Virus record (IMG/VR): IMGVR_UViG_3300021425_000005
Source of the DNA: a virus
Length of the DNA: 64,000 nt
Direction: 5' to 3' (one strand)
Notes under the pieces: model-generated
What the model was told of the DNA's origin: nothing
Databases searched by the model: none
Seen by the model: only the letters and a program-made list of their open reading frames with translations
Shown: positions 36,540-46,919 of the stretch, in pieces
How the letters are laid out: each line of letters starts with the position of its first letter
Position numbering within the stretch: the first letter of the stretch is position 1
Position numbers and translations under genes: made by a program

Positions 36540-39101
36540 TCATTTCTTTTTAATCTTGAATTTTTTCGCTTTATACTTAGAAGCACTGCCGCCCTTCTTG
36601 ACAACAAACTTCTTAGCTTTTTGTGATGTCATCGCACCACGCTTCTTCAGTCGATTCAACTCAGCTTTGCGCATTTGAGGAACCATACGAACAGCGATAC
36701 GAGCAATCAACGGTTGAAAGCGTTGAATCATTTTTTCAAGGCGAGACTTTTCAGCTGGTGGAAGCGAACTTTTATCGCGACCACGAAGCAATCTCTTATA
36801 CATCATACCACGTGCACCACGAGTAGCACGCATTTTAATTTTATCTGGTGTAGCAGACTTACGCATCGCACGAGCGCGAGCAACTTTCAGCTTCTGTTTA
36901 TTGCGGCGAGCAGCTTGGCGGCGTTTAATACGACCCAATGGCGTGAGTGCTTCAGTAACCTCGACATCAGAGTGAACATCATCTGGATCGATTTCGAATG
37001 TTTCGATCTCATCTGGGCTATACATGCCCAACTCAATCATATCATCAATCGTGAGATTATCAGCCTGATTCATCATATCTTGGATATCTTCGTCAGTCAG
37101 AGTGAAATCCATCGGTTCACCAATCTCAGGTTTACTGTGATCAGCCAGTTCCCAAAACTTTTTAATATCTTCAACAACATCTAATACATTTTCGCGAACG
37201 ATAAACCCATCGCCGCGATCTTTGTAACCATCGGGAATAGGGGTGCATGCCTTGCGTTGACGACACCAGTAGTATCCTTCTTCACACTTATGACCATCTT
37301 CTTCGTTTACTTGTTCTTGTTTCTTCGCTGCAGTATTTCTTTCAGCTGATTTTTTCCAGTAGTCACTTTGCGCTTTCTTTTTATCCAAGAACTTCTGGAG
37401 CCTCTTGTGAGCAGGAGACTTATATATGCCATAATCAGTTTTCTTACCGTAGAGATTAGATCCCTCATTTACTTCCTCCTCCATTTTTACTGCTTTGTAA
37501 TGATGTTTAGAAGTAGTTTTATTTTTCTTTGTGGTTTTTCCTGGCTCTCCTGGAGTTACAGCTTTCATGTATTCAGTCCCTTCAGGTGTTCCCCATTCGT
37601 ATTTGTATTCTTCAGCAGCATACTTCTTAGGGAGTTTACCTTTCTTGATTAAGTCATTCACCAAATCTGAAAGTTGTTTTGGATGTTCAGCACCCATACT
37701 TTTACGAAAGAAATCCCAAGATTTTGCTCTTGGATTCTGTTCTTTATGTTTGATCCATTGCTTCACAGCATGCTTATAGCGTTTACGATTATAGAGAACA
37801 CGGTCTAGATATTTGTCGAGGGCAGGAAACAACATCGCGCCTGTCGACTTATCACCCCAAGCACCTGCCTTTCCAAAAACTCTTTCATAGAGATCTTGCT
37901 CTTCATCTATTTTGATTTTATCAAATGTCTTTGTATCTTTAACACGCTGTTTAGAAACACGCTTCTTAACATTGCGAAGTTTGCCGATCTTTGGTAGCGT
38001 CATTGAATCGCGCTCTTCGGATTCTTCTTTATTCAAGAGATTATCGACATACTTGGTATATTTTGATGGTTTAGTTTTAGCAGTCTTGTCTCCAGGAGCT
38101 GGCTTGTATGCCTTTGGATCGCTATCTGACATCTTAGCTTGGCGTTTGAATTGAGCATCACGAGCCTTTTTAGTTGATTTGCTCAAACCTTTATGATACT
38201 TAGCAGGTTGTGAACCCTTGCGCTTGGCGATATCTTTATCTTGCGGGACTTCTGTTTTTTCTTCCATGGCATCTAACTTAGCAGCGATTGCCATTTGGCG
38301 GCGTTTTGCCTTTGACTTGCCTTTGAACTGTGGAGCATCTGACTTATAAAAATCATCAATCCAATCACCCATCGAGTCAGACGCTTTTAATTTCTCAATC
38401 AGCTCAAGCTGCTCTACAGCTTCTTCGCGCATCTTTTGTTTTTGAGCGTTCGTTATCCACTCACGTGCCTTATGATTTCTAACAGGGGCACGGACAAACT
38501 GCTGAATTTGCCGATAAGCTGATAATGTGTTAGATTCTACGTTACTGTCAGAACTATTGTCAACAATAATCATTTCATTTCTGAACATACGCTGAAACGC
38601 ACCGATGTTATTTTGAACATCATTCCACATTTTCTTTACTACATTATCAGGAAGTGTTCTTGCTCTTGCTCTATTTCTTTCAAGAGCAGTTTCAATATCA
38701 GTATTGACAAAAATCATAGCTACATCATAACCGATGTTTTTCAAAGTAATCATTTGACGCTGAATTTTCGCAACATCTTTACCAGTGCCATCGATAACGA
38801 GACCAAGACGACCGATAACTGAGAGACTCAGCTTCTTTTGCGTGAGATATTTAGCTTGTTTTCTGATAGATTGACCCTTTTCTGAGTAAATATTCTCAGG
38901 AGTCGGAGCCATTTCTGCTTTACGAAGAGCAGCTTCAAACACATCGTCAGAGTTAATAGGTCTAAGACCAAAAGTTGACAAAGCAGTTTTACCTACCATG
39001 AAGGATTTACCACTTCCTGGACCACCTGCAAGGAATACTGCCTTGAAGATTCCAGGGTCGTTCACACCCTCTGAGATAAATTCTTTAAAACTTTCGGTCA
39101 T
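36540..39101 (-). CDS. zeta-toxin-like P-loop kinase fused to multiple basic modules (polyprotein)
   Basis: MTESFKEFISE; FLAGGPGSGKS, INSD, VIDGT, ALERN..R.R; acidic xxE linkers between C-terminal modules. Confidence 0.75.
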   Translation of the reverse strand: MTESFKEFISEGVNDPGIFKAVFLAGGPGSGKSFMVGKTALSTFGLRPINSDDVFEAALRKAEMAPTPENIYSEKGQSIRKQAKYLTQKKLSLSVIGRLGLVIDGTGKDVAKIQRQMITLKNIGYDVAMIFVNTDIETALERNRARARTLPDNVVKKMWNDVQNNIGAFQRMFRNEMIIVDNSSDSNVESNTLSAYRQIQQFVRAPVRNHKAREWITNAQKQKMREEAVEQLELIEKLKASDSMGDWIDDFYKSDAPQFKGKSKAKRRQMAIAAKLDAMEEKTEVPQDKDIAKRKGSQPAKYHKGLSKSTKKARDAQFKRQAKMSDSDPKAYKPAPGDKTAKTKPSKYTKYVDNLLNKEESEERDSMTLPKIGKLRNVKKRVSKQRVKDTKTFDKIKIDEEQDLYERVFGKAGAWGDKSTGAMLFPALDKYLDRVLYNRKRYKHAVKQWIKHKEQNPRAKSWDFFRKSMGAEHPKQLSDLVNDLIKKGKLPKKYAAEEYKYEWGTPEGTEYMKAVTPGEPGKTTKKNKTTSKHHYKAVKMEEEVNEGSNLYGKKTDYGIYKSPAHKRLQKFLDKKKAQSDYWKKSAERNTAAKKQEQVNEEDGHKCEEGYYWCRQRKACTPIPDGYKDRGDGFIVRENVLDVVEDIKKFWELADHSKPEIGEPMDFTLTDEDIQDMMNQADNLTIDDMIELGMYSPDEIETFEIDPDDVHSDVEVTEALTPLGRIKRRQAARRNKQKLKVARARAMRKSATPDKIKMRATRGARGMMYKRLLRGRDKSSLPPAEKSRLEKMIQRFQPLIARIAVRMVPQMRKAELNRLKKRGAMTSQKAKKFVVKKGGSASKYKAKKFKIKKK

Positions 39102-39257
39102 TTTTTCTCTAACAGCTCGTAAATAACACTTGAGACTGCTGGGCTGTGATTACTCAGCAGTTTATATAATCCTACACTATTTATAAGATTTGTGCGTTCT
39201 TCGGCTGTTAGAGGGGTTGGTCTTCGTTTTAATCTACTCAAACGATTAAATAATCTT

Positions 39258-39533
39258 CTAGATATTCGATCCACCGTCAATTAACTCCATGGTTTTCTCA
39301 TTAAAAATTTTACATTCAGGTTCATTTGTAAGTTCAAACCCAGAAAAATCTGTATTATTAGTTACCTGTTCATAAAAAGATTGCATCCATTCCGTTCTTC
39401 TTTGGATTGAATATAACTCGCAATCTGATCTTTTTTCAAATTTTGGTTCAAACATAACCATTTGATATTCAGAGGTAGATATTTCGCCTGAAGGATACAT
39501 TCCCACAATCCAAAAGACGATAACCCACCTCAT
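39258..39533 (-). CDS. hypothetical protein, possibly exported
   Basis: Hydrophobic N-terminus, paired Cys. Confidence 0.5.
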   Translation of the reverse strand: MRWVIVFWIVGMYPSGEISTSEYQMVMFEPKFEKRSDCELYSIQRRTEWMQSFYEQVTNNTDFSGFELTNEPECKIFNEKTMELIDGGSNI

Positions 39534-39994
39534 TCTATCAAACCTTGCTTATATACAGTTTTGCCATCCTCTTTCATAGCAGTGAGAGTTGACTTACGAT
39601 TGGGTGCGACACGATTAAATGATACATGCACCCAACCGCTATCAGGTATTCCTGGAGTATAAAACTCTAGAATTAGCTGATCATAGTCAAGATTTTGTTC
39701 AATCCATCGCGCAACATCGTAATTGCTATGACCAGGACATTCAATGTCAACTGCTTCGCCTTTACAATGCTGGCTTTTGCTAGATCCACCAACTTTTGCA
39801 TTGAGTTCTTCTCCTCTATATCCAGAGTTAATGACAGTCAAACCAAAGTTGTCGCGAACAGGCTGGACTACATGTTCGAATAATGCTTTGGCTGACTCTA
39901 AATGCTCATCGGTCGGTGTATTGTCCAACCCATGACGCAATGCTGTTTGGCTCTTCGTGAACTCGGCGAGCGTAAAATTCTTAGATAGTCGCAT
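39530..39994 (-). CDS. peptidase M15 family endolysin
   Basis: LS.NFTL.EF, SGYR, SQH..GEAVD, WVHVS. Confidence 0.85.
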   Translation of the reverse strand: MRLSKNFTLAEFTKSQTALRHGLDNTPTDEHLESAKALFEHVVQPVRDNFGLTVINSGYRGEELNAKVGGSSKSQHCKGEAVDIECPGHSNYDVARWIEQNLDYDQLILEFYTPGIPDSGWVHVSFNRVAPNRKSTLTAMKEDGKTVYKQGLIE

Positions 39995-39996
39995 AA

Positions 39997-40584
39997 TTAA
40001 TCCTTAATAAATTCTGAAAAGGAAACATAAGTTTCTTTTAGTTGCATTCCTTCGCGCACATCATTGAATAGCTGTTTAGCACCTCGATAGCCAGCTGGTA
40101 ATCCACGCTTAAAATTAGTAAAATCGTTATTCTTCGCATATAATCGCATTTTGCTGGCACTAATACCAGTCACACCCTCAGCATCTGGGTCTCGGTCGCC
40201 AGAAGATACAACCTTAATCGACTTGAAGTTGAAATCTTTGCCGTTGTATTGTTTCAACAAACGCTCAAACTCTGGGACACGGTCAGAGCCAGCAACGAAA
40301 ATAAGATTGTCATATTTACCAGTCAGTAAAGCAAGCTGCTTAATAAATGATGGATGTGTTTTATCCGAAGATTTTATATTGCTATTCGGAAACATCGCTT
40401 TCAGATGTTTGACTTTTGTTTTAGTGTCTAGCGGATTTTTATTTTTGTCTTGGCTATGACTCGCCACAATTAGATGATCTGCTCGACTTGTTTGTGCGAG
40501 GCGTTTTACCTTCGCAATCAACTTACCGTGACCATTAGTTGGTGGGTTCATACGACCAAATGCGAATACTACTGTTTTACTCAT
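39997..40584 (-). CDS. cytidylyltransferase-like (HxGH) nucleotidyltransferase
   Basis: FGRMNPPTNGH, GSDR, SASKMR. Confidence 0.8.
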   Translation of the reverse strand: MSKTVVFAFGRMNPPTNGHGKLIAKVKRLAQTSRADHLIVASHSQDKNKNPLDTKTKVKHLKAMFPNSNIKSSDKTHPSFIKQLALLTGKYDNLIFVAGSDRVPEFERLLKQYNGKDFNFKSIKVVSSGDRDPDAEGVTGISASKMRLYAKNNDFTNFKRGLPAGYRGAKQLFNDVREGMQLKETYVSFSEFIKD

Positions 40585-41825
40585 TTATCCCATGCCTTGA
40601 TAGCGGTGAAGTTATTAAAACTAAATTCCATTCTATCAACGAGTTTAACAGCATTGCCAGCCACTCGATCAATCGCAACATAACCTTCAGGTGTTGTAAC
40701 CTTAAATCCGTTGCTTGTTCTAATAAATGTTCCGATACTCTTTACTCTATTTAGTTTGCCAATAATCATATCCTTCGCTTCAACGATCCCTGACATAAAA
40801 GCAAAGATATTGCCGAGAAGTTCTTGGTGTGATTTCAATAGAGTTAGTGTTTCTTTTTTTCTTTGTTCTAATGCTTTCTGAGATTTTTCAGTTTTAAGTT
40901 TTGCGATCTCAGAATCAAATTTATCAGAAACATGCTGTAGATAACCAGCAGCATGTGACTTGTTTATTTTAGTTTGCGCTCTCACTTTTGTATTGATGTA
41001 AGTTTTAACATTAGCACCAACCATTTTGCCAGTGAGAGAATTCTGTAGATTGAGAAATGCACTTAACTTATTGCTGTCAATCTTTCTGAATGTCAAACCG
41101 ACGCCAGATAAGACACGAGTAATCTGATCAGTCTCAGTCTTCGTGAATGTTGCCATACCAGATGTATCTTTGTAAGTAGCATCATCCATCCAAACAGATG
41201 AAATCTTACGCAGACCGCTGATGTTAGCACCAAAAGATGCTTTCATTTCAGGCAACGATCGTCCAGTATATGACGTATGCCAAACCACACCAATCTTTGC
41301 TTTTTTAAACTTTGCGTCCAGTGGCGTTCCCTGAGGAACAGCATAGACAATAGTATTAGGTTGGAAAGTTGTGTGTCTTTGACCATCAATCATAGTGGAC
41401 TCAAGGTCTTCCGATGTAAACATCAGATCGCCTTGAATTACATTTGTAATGCCCAGTTTAGAAAACTCTGAAAGGGCAATACTAAATTTCTTTTTAAGCG
41501 AAGGTTGCAACTTGGTATCATTATTGATGTCAGATTGCGACTTATAGAGGAGGGGAGTTTTATTAAAAACTGATTTCTTTGCGACGAAAAACTTTCCGTC
41601 GGCAGGATCGATACCTGCAAAAATGGCTGGTGCGCCATCCCACTTAACAGTCATGTTAATAGAGGAACGACTGCTACCAGCCAACATATCTCTCAGAGAG
41701 CGTAGAAAATTGATAGAGCCTCTCGCTCCACCAATACCAAAGTTTAGGATTTCGTCTTCGATGTGCTCAAGGTGCAAGTTCTTACCTTGTGCATCTTCAT
41801 TCAGAAATGTCCTTAGACTTTGCAT
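40581..41825 (-). CDS. DUF6267-like protein with ligase-type nucleotidyltransferase motifs
   Basis: HLEH.ED, TVKWDGAPA (KxDG), QGDLMF, EGYV, VKLVDR. Confidence 0.65.
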   Translation of the reverse strand: MQSLRTFLNEDAQGKNLHLEHIEDEILNFGIGGARGSINFLRSLRDMLAGSSRSSINMTVKWDGAPAIFAGIDPADGKFFVAKKSVFNKTPLLYKSQSDINNDTKLQPSLKKKFSIALSEFSKLGITNVIQGDLMFTSEDLESTMIDGQRHTTFQPNTIVYAVPQGTPLDAKFKKAKIGVVWHTSYTGRSLPEMKASFGANISGLRKISSVWMDDATYKDTSGMATFTKTETDQITRVLSGVGLTFRKIDSNKLSAFLNLQNSLTGKMVGANVKTYINTKVRAQTKINKSHAAGYLQHVSDKFDSEIAKLKTEKSQKALEQRKKETLTLLKSHQELLGNIFAFMSGIVEAKDMIIGKLNRVKSIGTFIRTSNGFKVTTPEGYVAIDRVAGNAVKLVDRMEFSFNNFTAIKAWDK

Positions 41826-42060
41826 TAGTTTTCTTTCGCTTCAATCTTTCAAGTTCTTTACCAGTATGGCTAAGTTGTTCTTGGGTTTTAAGTAGTTGAA
41901 TATTTAATTCATTGTTGAGTTTCAACACTTCATTATACTTTTGAGCAATTACCTTACCCTGTGCCAATGCTCGAACACGGTCTTTATAGAGGCTGGTAAT
42001 CAATTCACTCAGCATCTTATCATATTCTTTGTTTACAGCACCATCAATCTCTTCTGCCAT
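41797..42060 (-). CDS. hypothetical coiled-coil protein
   Basis: 87 aa, first gene after the late promoter at 42071-42078. Confidence 0.6.
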   Translation of the reverse strand: MAEEIDGAVNKEYDKMLSELITSLYKDRVRALAQGKVIAQKYNEVLKLNNELNIQLLKTQEQLSHTGKELERLKRKKTNAKSKDISE

Positions 42061-42070
42061 CTTTATACCT

Positions 42071-42078
42071 TATTTATA
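42071..42078 (-). promoter_or_regulatory. T4-type late promoter
   Basis: TATAAATA on the minus strand. Confidence 0.8.
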
Positions 42079-42467
42079 ATTATTGCTTCTCGATATTCTG
42101 CGCAAGTTTAGATGCAACTTCAAGCCAGTATTCTTGTGCCCACTCGCTCTGTGCATTTTCATACGCTTTCATGGCATTATTTAGAAGGCGAACATAATCA
42201 AACATCTTGTCTCTCCTTCTGAACTTCGCGCATTGCTTCGGGCATTTTCATTTTTCGTGAACTGGTGTTCTGCATTTTAATCGCTTTTTTGCGAAGTTTA
42301 CGCAATTCAGCCTTTTTCTCTTTATCCATTAGTAATCGAGCCTCCTAGCTTCTACAATTTGACGGCATTGTTCTAACCATTCAAAATACCCCTTATTACC
42401 TTTATAGAATTCCTGCTTCTCAGGAGTCCCAAAAGTGTTTAGCACCCATTGTGCTTGTTCTGGGTCT

Positions 42468-43352
42468 TTACCGTGATACGACATTACGTTCCTCTATAAA
42501 TTTTACTTTACCAACATTACTGATTGGGAAAGTATATCGATGAAGTAATCTGTTTTCAAACACTTCATCACTTCTAACAGGTCTTCGATGTAAAGTCAAC
42601 AACTGATCAGACAAAACTATGTCGCCGACTTCCCATTCGTGGTGATACATAAACTTTTCTTGAAAGAGATATTCTTTAAGTTCAAAATATAACTCTACAT
42701 CTTTTTCAATAATACGCAAATCATTGTTGTCGTAAAAATATAAACCCTTTGTCCCAGCAATATTTTCTTGTTCAATGAACATCGAATAATCGTGGCGGTT
42801 TTTACGCATAAATTCTAATTGGTCAACATTGTCAATGTCTGCCCAATTTTCCATATTATATGTATACGAGCAACGGACGCCTGAGATCTTTTCTTTTAAT
42901 TGCTCAGGCATTTGTTCATATGCAACAGCTGTGTTAAGCCAAGATGTAACTGTTCCCTCTACGCCGCGAATACCTTGAAGAGCCACACCATCTGCACGGT
43001 CTGGACCATTTAAATTCGCATGCCAATCAAGTTTACCTCTAGGAAATATTCCTGAATAATGACCATTCTTCTTCTCGGCTGTCACACGCTGGACAGGATA
43101 TACATTGCAATCCCATGGATCGATATAGGTTTTCCACTGGTCAGCGACGTATTCCCCATTTTCATTCCACACACATTGACCAAAATTAGAAATGGTGTTA
43201 TTCATGCCGTGAATAAGGCGAGCGAATTTATAAGAATCTGTAGGCTGGTTTTTAATAACAACAACCAATTCTTTTTTCAGAGTTTCTAAAACATTATCGC
43301 AATCAACTCTTGTCAAATTATCAAGGTCAATATCTACAATCTTATGTGTCAT
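42468..43352 (-). CDS. TauD/TfdA-family dioxygenase
   Basis: WHAN, H.W..GD.V.SDQ...LHRR, RLLHR. Confidence 0.75.
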   Translation of the reverse strand: MTHKIVDIDLDNLTRVDCDNVLETLKKELVVVIKNQPTDSYKFARLIHGMNNTISNFGQCVWNENGEYVADQWKTYIDPWDCNVYPVQRVTAEKKNGHYSGIFPRGKLDWHANLNGPDRADGVALQGIRGVEGTVTSWLNTAVAYEQMPEQLKEKISGVRCSYTYNMENWADIDNVDQLEFMRKNRHDYSMFIEQENIAGTKGLYFYDNNDLRIIEKDVELYFELKEYLFQEKFMYHHEWEVGDIVLSDQLLTLHRRPVRSDEVFENRLLHRYTFPISNVGKVKFIEERNVVSR

Positions 43353-43843
43353 GATACTGTTACCGTATGTAGAAAGAAGTTAGGGTTATCGAGGACAAAA
43401 TTTATGATCTTACTTATAGCGGTCAATTCTTGCCCCTTGTATTCTGTAATCCGAGTCTTTAGTTGATTGGGTTTTATGTTACAAATGCGTTTGTTGCGGC
43501 AAAATAAATCTAATTGCTTTTTATCTTCTTCGTATGTAAGTTCCAGTTCGCCCTTATCATAATCAACCTCTGTAATCATCGATGAGATATTGATTATGAG
43601 TTTATTTTCCCAGTCTAGCATCTTCAACATTTCAAGTTGTGAGCCGTTGCCCATCGAGAAATAATCATATGCATTGTTTATGAAGACATCATAGTCGTGA
43701 TTGGCTATACGAATTCTATCTTTAGGATCGGATATATCATAATCATTAGAAGTAGAAAATCCAGTTACATCATGTTCTGATGATAACACATCATATAGAT
43801 GCTTACCAACGCCATTTGTATGTCCTGTAATAGATATCTTCAT
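43349..43843 (-). CDS. short-chain dehydrogenase-like protein
   Basis: ITGHTNGVG, FINNA, IINISS, Y...K. Confidence 0.7.
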   Translation of the reverse strand: MKISITGHTNGVGKHLYDVLSSEHDVTGFSTSNDYDISDPKDRIRIANHDYDVFINNAYDYFSMGNGSQLEMLKMLDWENKLIINISSMITEVDYDKGELELTYEEDKKQLDLFCRNKRICNIKPNQLKTRITEYKGQELTAISKIINFVLDNPNFFLHTVTVS

Positions 43844-43851
43844 AATTTAAT

Positions 43852-43928
<77 letters not shown>

Positions 43929-43936
43929 ATAAAAAA

Positions 43937-44010
43937 TGGCAGAGGACCAAGGAATTGAACCCTGTCTTGCTGGGTTGGAGCCAGCCGTGCTACCGTAACA
44001 CTTGTCCCCT
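43937..44010 (-). tRNA. tRNA-Trp(CCA)
   Basis: Cloverleaf with GCTGG-CTCCAAC-CCAGC and encoded CCA; non-canonical A8/U14. Confidence 0.88.
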
Positions 44011-44012
44011 AG

Positions 44013-44858
<846 letters not shown>

Positions 44859-44867
44859 AAACTATTT

Positions 44868-44958
<91 letters not shown>

Positions 44959-44964
44959 TGACAA

Positions 44965-45192
44965 TTACCGCTTTGTGTTTTTAATAGCGGTCTTTGTCTT
45001 CTCGATTTTGTCCACAACACGCTCATCTTCCCAAGCGAGGAAGTTGTGAATCTTGCGCAATATCCACAATTGTGTCATGCGTAGACTGTTACCACGAGGA
45101 AGTGCCCATCCTGCCATAAAAGCAATAATGACGGCATAACCGTGAACAATGGTTTGAACAAGAATTTCAATAGGATCCATAATTTTCTCCAT
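44965..45192 (-). CDS. small membrane protein
   Basis: 75 aa with one hydrophobic helix. Confidence 0.55.
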   Translation of the reverse strand: MEKIMDPIEILVQTIVHGYAVIIAFMAGWALPRGNSLRMTQLWILRKIHNFLAWEDERVVDKIEKTKTAIKNTKR

Positions 45193-45299
45193 AATTAAAC
45201 AAGTTGTGGGCTAACCGTTGACCCACGCGAGACTATTTATGGCGTCTAACCCACAGAGTGTAGTGCTACTGCACCATTCCGACCAAGTCAATTTTTACA

Positions 45300-45614
45300 T
45301 CATTCTGAGATGGAACCGAGTTTTTTCTTAACTCGCTTCATACTATCGCGAACCGCGACAGATTTCTTATCTTTCTTGCCATAATCATCAGCAAGTTTAG
45401 ATGTTGGATTTGCTTCAGCAATTTTTGAAAGAACTTCCTTGAAACCATCATCGGGCTTAGTTCTATCACCAGTGCCACCAACGATAGAAGGTGCTTTACT
45501 AATGAATCGTTCTATGTGAGGATTTTCTTCAAGATATTGTTCAGACGCCGAGAACGACATCATCTCTTCAAACTCTTCACCAGTGATGTTATTTCTGAAT
45601 GAATAAATCGGCAT
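45300..45614 (-). CDS. FmdB-like conserved phage protein
   Basis: MPIYSF.N..TGEEFE...YLEENPHI...DDGFKEVLSKI. Confidence 0.7.
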   Translation of the reverse strand: MPIYSFRNNITGEEFEEMMSFSASEQYLEENPHIERFISKAPSIVGGTGDRTKPDDGFKEVLSKIAEANPTSKLADDYGKKDKKSVAVRDSMKRVKKKLGSISE

Positions 45615-45763
45615 TATTTCTTCCTTCGTTGCTTTCTTAACCTACTATATAGGCGAGATGTCCGATCAAAAATAATGTCTTTTAAATAACGCCGACGCTG
45701 ACGAGCAGTTTCAGATTTATGAAGACGCTCACTTCTAGATTGAGTCATTATATACTCCATTAA

Positions 45764-45840
45764 TGGTGATCTCGGGAAGACTTGAACTTCCAACACCCAG
45801 TTTAGAAGACTGGTGCTCTATCCAGTTGAGCTACGAGACC
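45764..45840 (-). tRNA. tRNA-Arg(UCU)
   Basis: Cloverleaf with CCAGT-CTTCTAA-ACTGG, A20 in the D loop, ACCA end. Confidence 0.93.
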
Positions 45841-46097
45841 TATTTTTTCTTGTTCCGCCGAGCCTTACGCTTCCCAGAACCGATCTTCCGACGACCTTTT
45901 GGTGGTCGGTTTTTATGTGGCCAAGGCATGTGTGCTCACCCAGTTACCAGACTGATCGAAAACTGCGACAGGCACATCAGCTGCAACATCAAACTTGTTG
46001 CGAATGTAAGCCAAGTCACCGTCAGAAGGGAAGTTGGTCACATCGCGTGACAGCTTCACTGCAAAGATCTCTTTCAGACCTTCTTCATTTTTTGCCA

Positions 46098-46361
46098 TTA
46101 CAAATCTCCGTCAAATAGCTGTTGTTCATTGAGATCCTCAATCATTGTTTCGAGTTCCTCAATAGTAAAGTGGTCTAACGAACCACGTGGTCGGACGCCG
46201 TAGCAACCTTTCCATGCTTCTGAGAAAGCGCACTCAACAGTATAGCGTTCAAACTGCTCAACAGTTTCGATGCCATACTGCTTCCAGTGTTCTGGATCCT
46301 CTGTTATTTTCCAGACTTCACCTTCATTCAATGTTTGAATATGTTGGATAAGTGCTTCCAT
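46098..46361 (-). CDS. hypothetical early protein
   Basis: 87 aa, HW..YGI...K..YGVRPR. Confidence 0.65.
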   Translation of the reverse strand: MEALIQHIQTLNEGEVWKITEDPEHWKQYGIETVEQFERYTVECAFSEAWKGCYGVRPRGSLDHFTIEELETMIEDLNEQQLFDGDL

Positions 46362-46582
46362 TATGCAGCCTCCAACAGACGAGCCTGTTTCAAGAAGTTC
46401 TCGAGAGGCATATCAACCTCCCAGTCATAGAAACCCTCGACCGTGCAATAGTCGCGGCGATCTCCTCCTGGACCATCGAGAATGTCTGTGAGTGTTACAA
46501 TTTTCTCAACATTCTTACGAGTTTTCAGATCAAGACCTTCCATAACAAACTGTTTTCCAATCATTTCATAAATTTTATTCAT
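46361..46582 (-). CDS. hypothetical early protein
   Basis: Start trimmed to MNKIY, after the promoter at 46612-46640. Confidence 0.6.
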   Translation of the reverse strand: MNKIYEMIGKQFVMEGLDLKTRKNVEKIVTLTDILDGPGGDRRDYCTVEGFYDWEVDMPLENFLKQARLLEAA

Positions 46583-46611
46583 AACAAATTCCTCTCTCAA
46601 GTTATATAACC

Positions 46612-46640
46612 ATTATACGCTATAAAATTTCAAAAGTCAA
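46612..46640 (-). promoter_or_regulatory. sigma70-type early promoter
   Basis: TTGACT-N17-TATAAT followed by TATAACTTGAGAGAGG. Confidence 0.8.
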
Positions 46641-46849
46641 GCGGCTTTTTTACCGCTATCAATTTTTTTCACGAGGTCATCAATATTTTCAGCCCAGAAA
46701 CTACTTTTAGCATCAGCACCAGACTCAAGCCCACCATTCACAAAAAATATAATTTCACCGCGATATTCACCGCTAATAAAAGTATTCAGGTTATAGGGGT
46801 CAGAACCTTCATAAACGCCGTTTTCAAATTCAATAGTTACATTAGACAT
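46637..46849 (-). CDS. hypothetical early protein
   Basis: Start trimmed to MSNVT with GAGGAG SD. Confidence 0.6.
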   Translation of the reverse strand: MSNVTIEFENGVYEGSDPYNLNTFISGEYRGEIIFFVNGGLESGADAKSSFWAENIDDLVKKIDSGKKAA

Positions 46850-46874
46850 ACAAACTCCTCTCAAGTTATACCTT

Positions 46875-46903
46875 ATATTAGCATAACTGTGCAGAAAAGT
46901 CAA
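46875..46903 (-). promoter_or_regulatory. sigma70-type early promoter
   Basis: AAAAAAACGC-TTGACT-N17-TAATAT followed by GTATAACTTGAGAGG. Confidence 0.75.
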
Positions 46904-46919
46904 GCGTTTTTTTGAAAAA

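Noticed and set aside
45614-45796. 60-aa ORF starting inside tRNA-Arg
   Set aside because: The annotated start lies within the tRNA gene. If the ORF is real it starts at the ATG near 45760, and it was not called.
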